A DNA stretch of 64,000 nucleotides from Candidatus Omnitrophota bacterium (GCA_015232565.1 JADFZK010000002.1:57-64056); one strand, 5' to 3'; counted from the stretch's first letter, positions 47,882 to 57,934 are shown. Numbers and translations: made by a program. The notes: generated from the sequence alone by a model not told the origin.

Positions 47882-48376
47882 GTGGATTGGGCACTACTCT
47901 TTATGACTTCGACTCTTAAAAAGACTGTTTTGGGCCTAACGGCTCCTTTGGCGCTGGTGCCCGAGCCGTATGCGGCGGTTGCCGCTGGCCTGGGTATTTC
48001 GCAAACCAGCCTTTTTTCCAGAATTAAGAAGTATAAGTCCGCCGGAATAGTCCGCCGGGTGGGTGTTGTCTTGGGTCATTATAAAGCGGGTTATAAGAGT
48101 AATGCTCTGGTTATGTGGCAGGTTGCGGAACCAAAACTTGCTTTTGTCGGAAAAGTTATGGCCAAGTTCCCGCAGGTCACACATTGTTATGCGCGCAAAA
48201 CATATCCCGGCTGGTCGTATAACCTTTACACCATGGTTCATGACAGGCATAAAACTGAGTTGCTTCAGACGATCCAGGCCATGTCGGTACGATCCAAGGT
48301 GAAGGTTTACAAAATTCAGTCCACGGTTCAGGAATTCAAGAAGATCAAAAGTGACCTTCAGGAGATACTCGCATGA
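47882..48376 (+). CDS. ahbB: Siroheme decarboxylase subunit (AhbA/AhbB paralogue)
   Basis: Paralogous Lrp/AsnC-like fold; start may be the internal Met at 47903. Confidence 0.55.
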   Translation: MDWALLFMTSTLKKTVLGLTAPLALVPEPYAAVAAGLGISQTSLFSRIKKYKSAGIVRRVGVVLGHYKAGYKSNALVMWQVAEPKLAFVGKVMAKFPQVTHCYARKTYPGWSYNLYTMVHDRHKTELLQTIQAMSVRSKVKVYKIQSTVQEFKKIKSDLQEILA

Positions 48377-49647
48377 AATGTGTCCGGTCCAAACAGTTGT
48401 ATAAAGAAGCTCTAAAATATTTTCCCGGCGGGGTTAACAGCCCGGTACGGGCTTTCGGTGCGGTAGGCGGCACTCCGCTTTTTATAAAAAAAGGCCTGGG
48501 TGCGGTCATTCAAGACGAAGACGGTAATAAATATGTTGATCAGGTAATGAGCTGGGGGGCTTTAATTCTGGGCCATGCCAACCCGGTGGTGGTCAAAGCG
48601 GTTTCCGATGCAGTACGGAATGGTTCCAGTTTTGGCGCTCCCACCAGTTCGGAAACCGAACTGGCCCGGATCATTGGCCAGGCCATACCGTCCATGGAAA
48701 GAATGCGTTTTGTTAGTTCGGGCACCGAGGCCACCATGAGCGCTATCCGTTTAAGCCGCGGCTTTACTGGCCGTAACAAGATCATCAAGTTCGCTGGTTG
48801 TTATCACGGTCATTGCGACAGCTTGCTGGTTAAAGCCGGCTCTGGCGCCGCCACTCAAGGCATTCCGGGCAGTGCCGGAGTATCCGCTGTTATAAGCGGC
48901 GATACTTTGGTTTGTCCCTACAATGATTTAGCTTATTTCCGTCGTCTCATTGCCAGGTTTGCCAAAGATCTCGCCTGCGTTATTATTGAACCAGTGGCGG
49001 CTAATATGGGCGTGGTGCTTCCCAGGGAAGATTTTATGCACGAAGTGCGCAATTTGACCGCAAAACACGGGATATTGTTGATATTTGACGAAGTTATTTC
49101 GGGATTTCGCTTTCATTTCGGGGGAGTGCAGACCTTACAGAATATCCGTCCGGACCTGACTTGCCTTGGCAAGATAATTGGCGGCGGGTTGCCGATCGGG
49201 GCTTATGGCGGCCGGAAAGACATTCTGGCCCGGGTGGCACCATTGGGGGATGTGTACCAAGCCGGCACTTTGTCGGGTAATCCGCTGGCAGTCGCCGCCG
49301 GCCTGGCCGTCCTGAATACCTTAAAGAAAAGCGATTACACAATTCTTGATCAAAGAACGCTCGAGTTGTGCCAGGGCCTGACTGAACAATTCAAGCATAA
49401 TAAAACGCCAGTTGTTATCAATCGCGCCGGGTCATTATTCACGATTTTCTTTACTGCCCGGCCAGTGACCGATTTTGCTTCGGCTTGTCAAGCCGATCCG
49501 GATCGTTATGCCCGGTTCTTCTGGACCATGTTGCGCCAGGGCATCAATCTTCCCCCGTCGCAGTTTGAAGCCCAGTTCCTTTCATTTAGCCACACTTCCA
49601 GGAATATTGATCAGATATTGACGTCCGCTGGTAAGCTGGGAAAATAA
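48373..49647 (+). CDS. hemL: Glutamate-1-semialdehyde 2,1-aminomutase
   Basis: Class III aminotransferase with 'FDEVISGFR' and PLP-Lys 'CLGKIIGGGLPIGAYGG'. Confidence 0.9.
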   Translation: MKCVRSKQLYKEALKYFPGGVNSPVRAFGAVGGTPLFIKKGLGAVIQDEDGNKYVDQVMSWGALILGHANPVVVKAVSDAVRNGSSFGAPTSSETELARIIGQAIPSMERMRFVSSGTEATMSAIRLSRGFTGRNKIIKFAGCYHGHCDSLLVKAGSGAATQGIPGSAGVSAVISGDTLVCPYNDLAYFRRLIARFAKDLACVIIEPVAANMGVVLPREDFMHEVRNLTAKHGILLIFDEVISGFRFHFGGVQTLQNIRPDLTCLGKIIGGGLPIGAYGGRKDILARVAPLGDVYQAGTLSGNPLAVAAGLAVLNTLKKSDYTILDQRTLELCQGLTEQFKHNKTPVVINRAGSLFTIFFTARPVTDFASACQADPDRYARFFWTMLRQGINLPPSQFEAQFLSFSHTSRNIDQILTSAGKLGK

Positions 49648-49858
49648 CATAATTTTGTGTATTTACTGGCGCAATTGTATGTGTGAATAATTGTTTATTC
49701 GCCGGGCGGAGACAAGCTCCGCCCCTACAACTTAATAGTTATTCAACTCCCGTTTGATGTTGGGTTGTCCTTAAATGCACTAAATCTTATTATCACTACG
49801 GAAATGATTATTCAGGCTTCATCTTTGAATCATAACATTATTATAGCGGAGTTCTATT

Positions 49859-51853
49859 ATGACTGAGAAAACTGACAGAACGAAAACGGCGATCAGGCGG
49901 ATTGTTATTGAGAATGTCTGGCCGCAGATCGAGGCTGGAGCGGTAGCAATAAAGAGGGTCCCGGGTGAAGAGGTTCAGATAAACGCGGATATTTTTACTG
50001 ATGGCCACAATGATATCAGCGCCGAATTGCTTTTTCGGGCTAAAGGGTCATTAACCTGGCAAAGCGTACTTATGACGCCGCAAGGTAATGACCGGTGGGC
50101 CGGAGCGTTCTCCGCAGGAGCCGTGGATCAGGAATATACTTTGCGAGCCTGGATAAATCCTTTCGAGACCTGGCAAAAAGAGTTCGCCAAGCGTCATGCC
50201 GCTGGGCAGGATCTGGCCAGTCATATCTTGATCGGGAGCAAAATTCTCGAGCAATTATTAATTAATGCCCAGGCCCAAAAGATAGCCGAAGCTGATACTC
50301 TTTTACTAAAGAAATTATGTGCCGGCAAATTAACTTCGCAGTCTTTGCTGGAACCAGCACTTTGTGACCTGAGCCGCCGGATCCCCGATATGGATTCAAT
50401 TCTCGATTATGGGCGAACCCTTAAGGTCCAGGTTGATCCTCTCCAGGCGTTGTTTAGCAGTTGGTATGAGTTCTTTCCGCGTTCTTTTGGTAAACCGGGG
50501 CACCCGGGCCGTCTCCGTGACTGCCTGCCGGTGCTTAAAGAAGTAGCGCGGATGGGGTTTGATGTGGTTTATCTTCCCCCGATCCATCCGGTGGGCGTAA
50601 CTAAACGTAAAGGTAAAGATAACGCCGTAACCTGCCAGCCTGGCGATCCGGGCAGTCCGTGGGCGATAGGCAATTCTTTTGGCGGTCATAAAGCGGTTAA
50701 TCCCGAGTTGGGGACGCTGGAAGATTTTCGCTGGTTTGTTAAGGCCTCAAAGGAACTTGGCCTGGCCATAGCGCTGGATGTGGCCTACCAATGCTCGCCG
50801 GATCATCCTTATGTTACTGATCATCCGGAATGGTTCGTAAAAAGGCCTGATGGTTCCATTCAATATGCCGAAAATCCGCCCAAGAAGTACGAGGATGTGT
50901 ATCCGCTGGATTTTAATTGTGCGGACCATCTGGCTCTCTGGCAGGAGCTTAAAAGCATCATCGATTTCTGGATAAGCGAGGGCGTGAAGATATTCCGTAT
51001 TGATAATCCGCATACCAAGCCTTTTGAATTCTGGCAATGGATGCTGGCTGAAGTCCGTAATGAACATCCCGAGGTGATATTTCTGGCCGAGGCTTTTACC
51101 CGCCCTAAAGTTATGCATAAACTGGCTAAAGCCGGGTTTACCCAGTCGTACACATATTTTACCTGGCGCACCAGTAAAGATAAGCTTATGCAGTATGTTG
51201 GTCAATTGACTTCCGGTGAGTCGCGCGAAGTCTATCGTCCCAATTTCTGGCCTAATACTCCGGATATCCTGGCTGAACATTTACAAAATGCTCCGCGTTC
51301 CATGTTCGTGGCCCGTTTTGTTCTGGCCGCAACCTTGTCTTCAAATTACGGTATGTATGGCCCGGTATATGAATTATGCGAGAACCAACCGATCCCCGGC
51401 AAGGAAGAGTATCGGGATTCTGAAAAGTATGAACTGCGGCACTGGGATTGGGATCGCCCGGGTAATATTAAGGACGTGATCACTAAAGTCAATCATCTAA
51501 GAAAGACCCGGACAGAATTACAAACTACCTGGAATACCCGTTTCTGCGAATTGGAGAATCCAAAACTAATCTCTTACCTTAAATCTGTTGCCGACGGAAA
51601 AAGTCATACCTTAATAGTTGTTAACCTGGATCCGTTATTAGCGCAAACCGGTTGGGTAAAATTGCCTTTATATGACCTGAAAGTAGCCCTGGATAGCCGT
51701 TACGATGTGGTTGATCTGCTGAATAACAAAACGTATCACTGGCAGGGGGAATGGAACGAAGTTAAGCTGGACACTGCCGAGCGTCCGGTGTTGATCTTTG
51801 ATGTAGTGTTTCATAAAGCCCCAAAGTCTGGCGGGCAACATGGTCCCAGCTGA
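49859..51853 (+). CDS. glgE: Alpha-1,4-glucan:maltose-1-phosphate maltosyltransferase
   Basis: N-terminal 'RIVIENVWPQIEAG', GH13_3 catalytic region 'FRIDNPHTKP', about 664 aa. Confidence 0.8.
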   Translation: MTEKTDRTKTAIRRIVIENVWPQIEAGAVAIKRVPGEEVQINADIFTDGHNDISAELLFRAKGSLTWQSVLMTPQGNDRWAGAFSAGAVDQEYTLRAWINPFETWQKEFAKRHAAGQDLASHILIGSKILEQLLINAQAQKIAEADTLLLKKLCAGKLTSQSLLEPALCDLSRRIPDMDSILDYGRTLKVQVDPLQALFSSWYEFFPRSFGKPGHPGRLRDCLPVLKEVARMGFDVVYLPPIHPVGVTKRKGKDNAVTCQPGDPGSPWAIGNSFGGHKAVNPELGTLEDFRWFVKASKELGLAIALDVAYQCSPDHPYVTDHPEWFVKRPDGSIQYAENPPKKYEDVYPLDFNCADHLALWQELKSIIDFWISEGVKIFRIDNPHTKPFEFWQWMLAEVRNEHPEVIFLAEAFTRPKVMHKLAKAGFTQSYTYFTWRTSKDKLMQYVGQLTSGESREVYRPNFWPNTPDILAEHLQNAPRSMFVARFVLAATLSSNYGMYGPVYELCENQPIPGKEEYRDSEKYELRHWDWDRPGNIKDVITKVNHLRKTRTELQTTWNTRFCELENPKLISYLKSVADGKSHTLIVVNLDPLLAQTGWVKLPLYDLKVALDSRYDVVDLLNNKTYHWQGEWNEVKLDTAERPVLIFDVVFHKAPKSGGQHGPS

Positions 51854-52994
51854 AAAGGTTGCTGGCCCGTTCGCGGCCGGCTTTTCCCATGCGGGAACGT
51901 AAGGGCTCATCGGCCATTAAATGGTCTATAGCTTTGGCCAGATCATGCGCGAATTTTTCCGGGTTCACTGGCTCGGCCAGCAGGCTGTCTTTAAGTTCTA
52001 CCGGGACGAGAATTCCGGTAATACCGTCAGCTACCGCTTCTTTAATGCCGCCCACCGCAGTGGCTACCACCGGTGTTTCACAAGCCATCGCTTCCAGATT
52101 AATAATCCCGAAGGGCTCATAGACCGAGGGACAGCAGAATATAGCCGCCTGGGAATAGAGGGCCCGCTTGTCGGCCAAACTCACCATCTCCTGGATCCAG
52201 ATAATCCCCGGGTGCCGGGTACGCGCTTCCTGGAGTTGCTCTTCCATCTCCCGGGCGATCTCCTCGGTATCCGGAGAGCTGGCGCAAAGCACTATTTGCA
52301 TAGCGGTCTTTAGGTGTTTAATAGCGCGGATCAGATGAATGATCCCTTTCTGACGGGTGATCCGGCCTACAAATAGCAAATAGGGCTTATTGGGGTCAAT
52401 GCCAAAGCGTGCCAGTCGTTCTGGTTCTTTAACGTTATGATATTCTTCCAGGTCAATTCCGTTGGGAATAACTGTAATTTTGTCAGCTGATATCTGAAAA
52501 TGCCGCAAGATATCATTCTTGGTTTCCTGGGAAACCGCGATCACCGCATCACTGAGTTCAATTGCGGTTTTTTCCAGCCAACAGCTGTAATCGTAGCCTT
52601 TACCCAGTTGTTCCTGTTTCCAGGGGCGTAATGGTTCGAGCGAATGGACAGTAAGCACCAAGGGGATACCGTAATTTAATTTGGCAATTATGCCGCCGAG
52701 ATGGGTGTACCAGGTGTGGACATGGACCAGATCAGCGTTAATACCGCTGGTATTAAAATCCAGGCAGCGTTTAGCCGCGTCGAAGATGCGGATCAATTCT
52801 TTGGGAGCAGAATAATCCTGGCCATTGGAATAACCGCGCACTGTTAAGTTCGGCAGGCTGACGGCCTGTTCACCGAAACAGCGGACATCTACCGGGCAAT
52901 GTTCGGCGAGGGCGCGGCTGAGATATTCAACATGGACTCCGGCGCCGCCATAAATATTCGGCGGATATTCATTGGTCAGCAGGAGAATTTTCAT
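51762..52994 (-). CDS. GT4 glycosyltransferase, GlgM/GlgA-like (putative alpha-maltose-1-phosphate synthase or glycogen synthase)
   Basis: 'LTNEYPPNIYGGAGVHVEYL', 'VHSLEPLRPWKQEQLG', 'FVGRITRQKG', 'CPSVYEPFGIINLEAMA' closely match my recollection of mycobacterial GlgM; start taken at MKILLL; 3' end overlaps glgE by 92 nt (convergent). Confidence 0.65.
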   Translation of the reverse strand: MKILLLTNEYPPNIYGGAGVHVEYLSRALAEHCPVDVRCFGEQAVSLPNLTVRGYSNGQDYSAPKELIRIFDAAKRCLDFNTSGINADLVHVHTWYTHLGGIIAKLNYGIPLVLTVHSLEPLRPWKQEQLGKGYDYSCWLEKTAIELSDAVIAVSQETKNDILRHFQISADKITVIPNGIDLEEYHNVKEPERLARFGIDPNKPYLLFVGRITRQKGIIHLIRAIKHLKTAMQIVLCASSPDTEEIAREMEEQLQEARTRHPGIIWIQEMVSLADKRALYSQAAIFCCPSVYEPFGIINLEAMACETPVVATAVGGIKEAVADGITGILVPVELKDSLLAEPVNPEKFAHDLAKAIDHLMADEPLRSRMGKAGRERASNLFSWDHVARQTLGLYETLHQRSTPDARQCPA

Positions 52995-53095
52995 GTGCGG
53001 ATTATAGCATGAGTCGTTATAATACATAATATTTTTACACTCATTTATTTTGTATGTTATTGCAATAAAAACCCCATGTATATTTCGGAGGAAGT

Positions 53096-53881
53096 ATGAG
53101 TTTTCGACGTTTAGCAGAGATTGTTATTGGTATATTGGCGTTTTCTTTCATTTTGATCCAGCCGCAAAGCCAGGCGGATAAGATAGCTGAACCTCGCTTT
53201 AATAATGTGTATCCTCAAATGGCTAAAGATCGCTTTAGTCGTTTATATCCCAGGAAAGCGGCACGGACATACCGGGAGAACGGTCCCGATGAATGGATAA
53301 CTTTTAGCGAACCATTTATAGGCCCGGCAGTACACACAATAACTTTTCACCTTCAGCAAGGCCGGGTCCTGGGGTGGGCGTTGGATGACCGTTCGGAAGT
53401 TGTCCTGGAATATCTTGGGGAGTTTTGTTCCCAAGGCATCCTTAATGGAATGCCCAAGATCCACGAGGCCTTAACTGACGTCTTTATGAGGATCCCGCAG
53501 GCAGATTTCCTGCAAGTTACCGACCGCCATCGGCCGGTGCTGATAACCGAATATTATGATGCCGGCACTGCCCGCTTTGCCAATACTTCCGAGATCATTG
53601 CCTCTGATACCGACGCTTTGGCCGGGGACAAAGGTCTGACCATAATTAAATTAAGTTCGGCTTTGAACGATGCGGATTCAGCCGAACCAATAAAAGGTGT
53701 TCTGGCTCATGAGTTGGCGCACCGGATCCTGGCGCATGCTTTAAAAGGCAAAGTCACCTGTCAGGATGAGCGCCAGGCCAACCAGTTGATCCGTAAATGG
53801 GGTTTTACGTCCGAGTATAAAGCGGCTGTGCGACTCTTCGGGCGTAAAGAAGGCGACCCGGTATCCTGCAGGGAAGAGTAA
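53096..53881 (+). CDS. Secreted hypothetical protein with HExxH zinc-metallopeptidase-like motif
   Basis: Signal peptide 'IVIGILAFSFILIQPQSQA'; 'VLAHELAHRILAHA' HExxH motif. Confidence 0.4.
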   Translation: MSFRRLAEIVIGILAFSFILIQPQSQADKIAEPRFNNVYPQMAKDRFSRLYPRKAARTYRENGPDEWITFSEPFIGPAVHTITFHLQQGRVLGWALDDRSEVVLEYLGEFCSQGILNGMPKIHEALTDVFMRIPQADFLQVTDRHRPVLITEYYDAGTARFANTSEIIASDTDALAGDKGLTIIKLSSALNDADSAEPIKGVLAHELAHRILAHALKGKVTCQDERQANQLIRKWGFTSEYKAAVRLFGRKEGDPVSCREE

Positions 53882-53898
53882 AGGCCGGCCGCGCGGAC

Positions 53899-54552
53899 TC
53901 AGAAGTAATTCATTTGCAGTGCCTGGCTGCAGGCCGGATGCCCCGGGTTTTGCAGGCAGAACTGGCTTAAGGCCTGGTAACCGCGGGTTTTGTTGAAGGT
54001 GTCGATCAGTTTAATTGACGGGTTATTGGCTTTGGTCTGGGATGAAGAGCGGCAGAGCACCTGTAAATAAGTTTTCGAATTCAGTATCACCATTACGGTG
54101 AGGCGCATGTCCAGGGACGCGGCGCCATTGAACGCTTCGGCCGCTTTGGCAAAATCTTTTTCGTTGAAATAATACACTCCGCGATTATATTGCGACCAGA
54201 AGAAAACCGGCACCAGTTCTACTGACTTCTCTATCGCCTGGATAGCATTCTTTTTATCACCGTAAAGATACAGGTAATAGCCCAGCATATGCCAGGCATG
54301 GCCCTTTTCTCCGGGGAAAGTTTCAACACAGCGGTTGTAATAATAGATGCCGGTCTCCAGTTGTTCTTTGGAGGGAGTTGAGTTAAAGCCCACCGTAGTG
54401 GAATAATCGTAAGCGGGTGCCAGATGGTCTACGGCCAGGATATATGTTGCCGAGAAAATATCTTTATAACTGCCTATCAGGCATAAAACAATTATGATCA
54501 GCAAGTAAGCCAGCCACACTCTTTGGCTGAGGTCTTTGATTATATGGTTCAT
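53899..54552 (-). CDS. Membrane-anchored TPR-like protein
   Basis: N-terminal TM 'VWLAYLLIIIVLCLIG'; Tyr/Gly-rich TPR-like repeats. Confidence 0.4.
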   Translation of the reverse strand: MNHIIKDLSQRVWLAYLLIIIVLCLIGSYKDIFSATYILAVDHLAPAYDYSTTVGFNSTPSKEQLETGIYYYNRCVETFPGEKGHAWHMLGYYLYLYGDKKNAIQAIEKSVELVPVFFWSQYNRGVYYFNEKDFAKAAEAFNGAASLDMRLTVMVILNSKTYLQVLCRSSSQTKANNPSIKLIDTFNKTRGYQALSQFCLQNPGHPACSQALQMNYF

Positions 54553-56747
54553 AACTGGCCTTTTCTGCGGTCGCGCACCATGACCACCAATATCCCGACG
54601 AACAAGGCGTTAAATATCAGCCAGATGAAAACATTGAACCAGTACCACAAGGGTGTGCCGAAGCGAAATTCCACCAGGGCTTTTCCGGCCGGCACCCAGA
54701 GGCCTTTAAAGCCGATATTGGCTCGTATTAACCGGGTCTCTTTGCCATTGATAAAAGCATGCCATTGAGGATGATAAGCATCATTAAAGACCATGAATTT
54801 ATCATTTGGCAGGTTGGTGGCAAAAGCAAAATAATTTGTGTTTTGAGTTTTAATAGTCACCCGGTCATTATGCGTGCCGTTGTCACGCAAAGGATGCGCT
54901 AAAGGAGTAGCGTTATTGCTTAAGCGTTCTAATTTGGCGTCGGCAGGGACGAAAGCCAGATTTTCATCGTTGAGAAAAGCTATTTCCATTCGACGTAAGC
55001 CATAGCGGTCATACTGCAACGGTTTGACCCGGTCGTAAAAAACTAAAGTATTACGAATGTAGTTCGTAATTGCCGGGCCGGATATATTATTGGCCAGCTC
55101 GGACCAGGCATTGGAGGCGTAATAATCATCGGGAAGTCTTTTGGGTACTTTGGCCAGGTTTACCACTACGTTTTCAGGCTGGAGGCCAAGTGTGCTGGTT
55201 TCCTGGGGATAACCGGCAGTGCAAGCCAAATTCTTTTCGGATAAGTGTAGGAAAATATTTAATGATTGTGGTATGACCAGCAAACATAAAGCCCCGCAAA
55301 CCGCCCATTCAACTGCCGGAGAGCCAACTAACAAGCGCCATATAAATAAGCCAGAGGTGCCAATGGTGAAAGTGGCTACAAAGCCCAGATCACCGCGCAC
55401 CAGCAGGAAGACCGCTAATAACATATGGAGAACGATATTGATAACGCAGAGGGTTTGTTTCTTGTATGAGCCCCAGGTTTTGTCTTGATTTAGCAGTTGA
55501 TATAAGAACTCGCTGAATATCAGGACAAATAATGGGAATACTGCGAACCAAAGGAAGAAATGCAGGTTGCGAAAATATTTAAAAAAGAACAAATGTTCGG
55601 CGAAGAACGTATATACCGGAGTACGCGGACTGCCGATAAGCAGGAAGAGCAGGGTAGTAAGAAGGAAAAAAGTGATCCGCTTGTTAATGCGGCCAAATGA
55701 TCCCCACAGGATCAGGACTAAAGACACCAAGGGAAAGAAAACTATCCCCAGGTTAAAACGTTTAACGGAGGTAAAAAAAGACGAGTAAATTAATTCTTCA
55801 AAAGCGCCCCATTTCAGGTATCCGGGATCAACTTTAAGTATATGATCGGTCGCGGCTGGTAGCGCTGAGAGTGCTGGTTGAGCGCCATGCCGCAATGGCA
55901 AGGCGATATTGCCGTAGGAATTGAAATAGAGCGCGGCAGAGGGAACGAGCGTGATCACAAAGAGCGTCAACATGGCCAGGCAGAAAAGCGGATGCAAACA
56001 AAAGAATTTCGCCAGACGTTTAAAGATTGGTAAAATATCGCTCCAGAACACCACGGAAAAACAAAAGGCCACTAACATAAAGGTCATTATAAAATAGAAC
56101 GGTACATAGGTATTGCACAAGATCATGGCGCAAAGTATACAGCCAGCGAACCATAGTTTCCTGGGGGCGATTAAAAAGGCGGTCAGAAAGTAAAAAAACC
56201 ATATAAGCGGTACCGACATCAGGCATAGAAAACTATCGAAGATGCGGATTCCCAGGGACGAAAAAAGCAGTAGAATGAATCCGCCAAAGGCCACCCGGCG
56301 GTCGTGGTAGATCTTTTTTAATAAAAGGTAGAAACCGATCATGCCGAGAAAATAGTAAAGAGACAAGGTTAGCAGGTAAGCGACCGGGAAACTGAAAACT
56401 TTGGTCGCGTAAACTGAAGTCATGAAGGTATACAGCGGATTGTAAGCGCCCATGCGCTGGGTAAAGAAATCAAAAGGGACGCCATGACCATAGTAGGATA
56501 GCCAAAGCGGCCAGACACCTCTTTTAAGGTTACTGACCAGGTCAAGGGAACTCATTATGTAGGCAATGGCGTCAGAAGTGGAGTAGGCTTTGGTGGATAT
56601 AAAATCCCGGAAAGCCACCAGCCAGGCCGCAAAAGAAAAAATGATCCAGCCGGAAACGGGGATCCTGGAGAGGAAGTTTGTTAATATGGTCTTGCAGTGA
56701 GTAAGCATGCTTGCTTTTCGATTATATATATTCCCCTGACGAATCAA
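54549..56747 (-). CDS. YfhO-like polytopic membrane protein (putative GT-C glycosyltransferase)
   Basis: More than 12 predicted TM helices, then a roughly 200-aa extracytoplasmic domain and a terminal TM; C-terminal 'FINGKETRLIRANIGFKGLWVPAGKALVEFRF' resembles the YfhO C-terminal signature. Confidence 0.45.
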   Translation of the reverse strand: MIRQGNIYNRKASMLTHCKTILTNFLSRIPVSGWIIFSFAAWLVAFRDFISTKAYSTSDAIAYIMSSLDLVSNLKRGVWPLWLSYYGHGVPFDFFTQRMGAYNPLYTFMTSVYATKVFSFPVAYLLTLSLYYFLGMIGFYLLLKKIYHDRRVAFGGFILLLFSSLGIRIFDSFLCLMSVPLIWFFYFLTAFLIAPRKLWFAGCILCAMILCNTYVPFYFIMTFMLVAFCFSVVFWSDILPIFKRLAKFFCLHPLFCLAMLTLFVITLVPSAALYFNSYGNIALPLRHGAQPALSALPAATDHILKVDPGYLKWGAFEELIYSSFFTSVKRFNLGIVFFPLVSLVLILWGSFGRINKRITFFLLTTLLFLLIGSPRTPVYTFFAEHLFFFKYFRNLHFFLWFAVFPLFVLIFSEFLYQLLNQDKTWGSYKKQTLCVINIVLHMLLAVFLLVRGDLGFVATFTIGTSGLFIWRLLVGSPAVEWAVCGALCLLVIPQSLNIFLHLSEKNLACTAGYPQETSTLGLQPENVVVNLAKVPKRLPDDYYASNAWSELANNISGPAITNYIRNTLVFYDRVKPLQYDRYGLRRMEIAFLNDENLAFVPADAKLERLSNNATPLAHPLRDNGTHNDRVTIKTQNTNYFAFATNLPNDKFMVFNDAYHPQWHAFINGKETRLIRANIGFKGLWVPAGKALVEFRFGTPLWYWFNVFIWLIFNALFVGILVVMVRDRRKGQL

Positions 56748-56845
56748 ATAAAATTTTTCTTATTTATTGCTTTGGCCGGAATGCTGTACAATTGCCTGAC
56801 CTTTTTAATCAAAATATTTTTATCATTAACAAACGGAATTAAATT

Positions 56846-57934
56846 ATGAATATAGTTCTCGCTTTTATTTTCTGTTTATTAATATGTCCGGTTATAGCCC
56901 GGGCCGAGACGCTTACCCAGCGCAGTCTTTTTGTAACTGTGATCCAGGAGCCTCCGGTGCTGTCCAGCCGTGAGCAAATGACCGCCTTGGTTAATTACGC
57001 CCGTCTGGCGAGGATCCACACCCTTTTCGTTCAGGTTTACCGCGCCGATCAGGCCTGGTTCCCGTCCACTGTTGGCGACCAGGCTCCGTATAATGCGGCC
57101 TTAAAAGCAGTCGGCGAGGATCCGTTGGCTCTATTAATTGACCTGGCCCATAAACAAGGGCTGGAAGTTCACGCCTGGGTTAACCTGCTTAGTTTGAGCA
57201 AAAACATCAATGCTCCGTTGTTAAAAAAGTACGGCGCCGGAATACTGACCCGGAATGTAAATAAGAAAAAGGTGCTGGCCGATTACAAGATCGACGATCA
57301 ATTTTTTCTGGAACCGGGCGACCTGCGTGTGCGGGCGGAATTGTTGACCATGGTAGAAGAGTTGCTGGGCGCTTATCCCAAGCTTGACGGGCTTCAGTTT
57401 GACTATATCCGTTATCCTGACTCACAACCTCATTATGGGTACACGCCAATGAACCGCGAGCGCTTTCTGCAAGCTAGCGGACTGAAGCAGATCGACGATA
57501 ATAGCCTGGCCTGGAAAGACTGGAAACGCGCCCAGGTAACGGCTTTATTGACCGGCCTGGTAAAACGGGCCCGCTCTTTGCATCCGGGGCTTAAAGTTTC
57601 TACCACCGGATGCGCGCCTGCCGTGCGCGCGCTGGAAGAAGCTTTTCAGGATTGGCCTGCCTGGGTGAACAGCGGCCTGATCGATTTTGTGACTGTGATG
57701 ACCTATGCCCAGGATACGGCCGAATTTAATAAAATGATCGCCGATGCCCGCGCTCGGGTAAGTGACCCGGCAAAAATGAATATTGCAGTGGGTGCCTACC
57801 AACAGCTAAAGTCTCCCGAAGTTTTCGACCAGCAGTTGGCGCTATGTCAAAAAGAGGTTCAAGCCTCCTGTGTGATCTTTCATTACGGCAACCTGTTGGA
57901 ATCCCCGGTCATGAAGGACGGCCTCTTGAAATGA
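56846..57934 (+). CDS. Glycoside hydrolase-like family 10 (GHL10/DUF187, YngK-like) secreted protein
   Basis: Signal peptide; TIM-barrel-like segments 'TLFVQVYR', 'EVHAWVNL', 'DGLQFDYIRYP'. Confidence 0.5.
   Translation: MNIVLAFIFCLLICPVIARAETLTQRSLFVTVIQEPPVLSSREQMTALVNYARLARIHTLFVQVYRADQAWFPSTVGDQAPYNAALKAVGEDPLALLIDLAHKQGLEVHAWVNLLSLSKNINAPLLKKYGAGILTRNVNKKKVLADYKIDDQFFLEPGDLRVRAELLTMVEELLGAYPKLDGLQFDYIRYPDSQPHYGYTPMNRERFLQASGLKQIDDNSLAWKDWKRAQVTALLTGLVKRARSLHPGLKVSTTGCAPAVRALEEAFQDWPAWVNSGLIDFVTVMTYAQDTAEFNKMIADARARVSDPAKMNIAVGAYQQLKSPEVFDQQLALCQKEVQASCVIFHYGNLLESPVMKDGLLK

Noticed and set aside
49693-49717. GGGCGGAG / CTCCGCCC hairpin after hemL as an intrinsic terminator
   Set aside because: The stem is convincing but is followed by CTACAAC rather than a U-tract. 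At most a weak or Rho-assisted terminator, so not reported as a feature.
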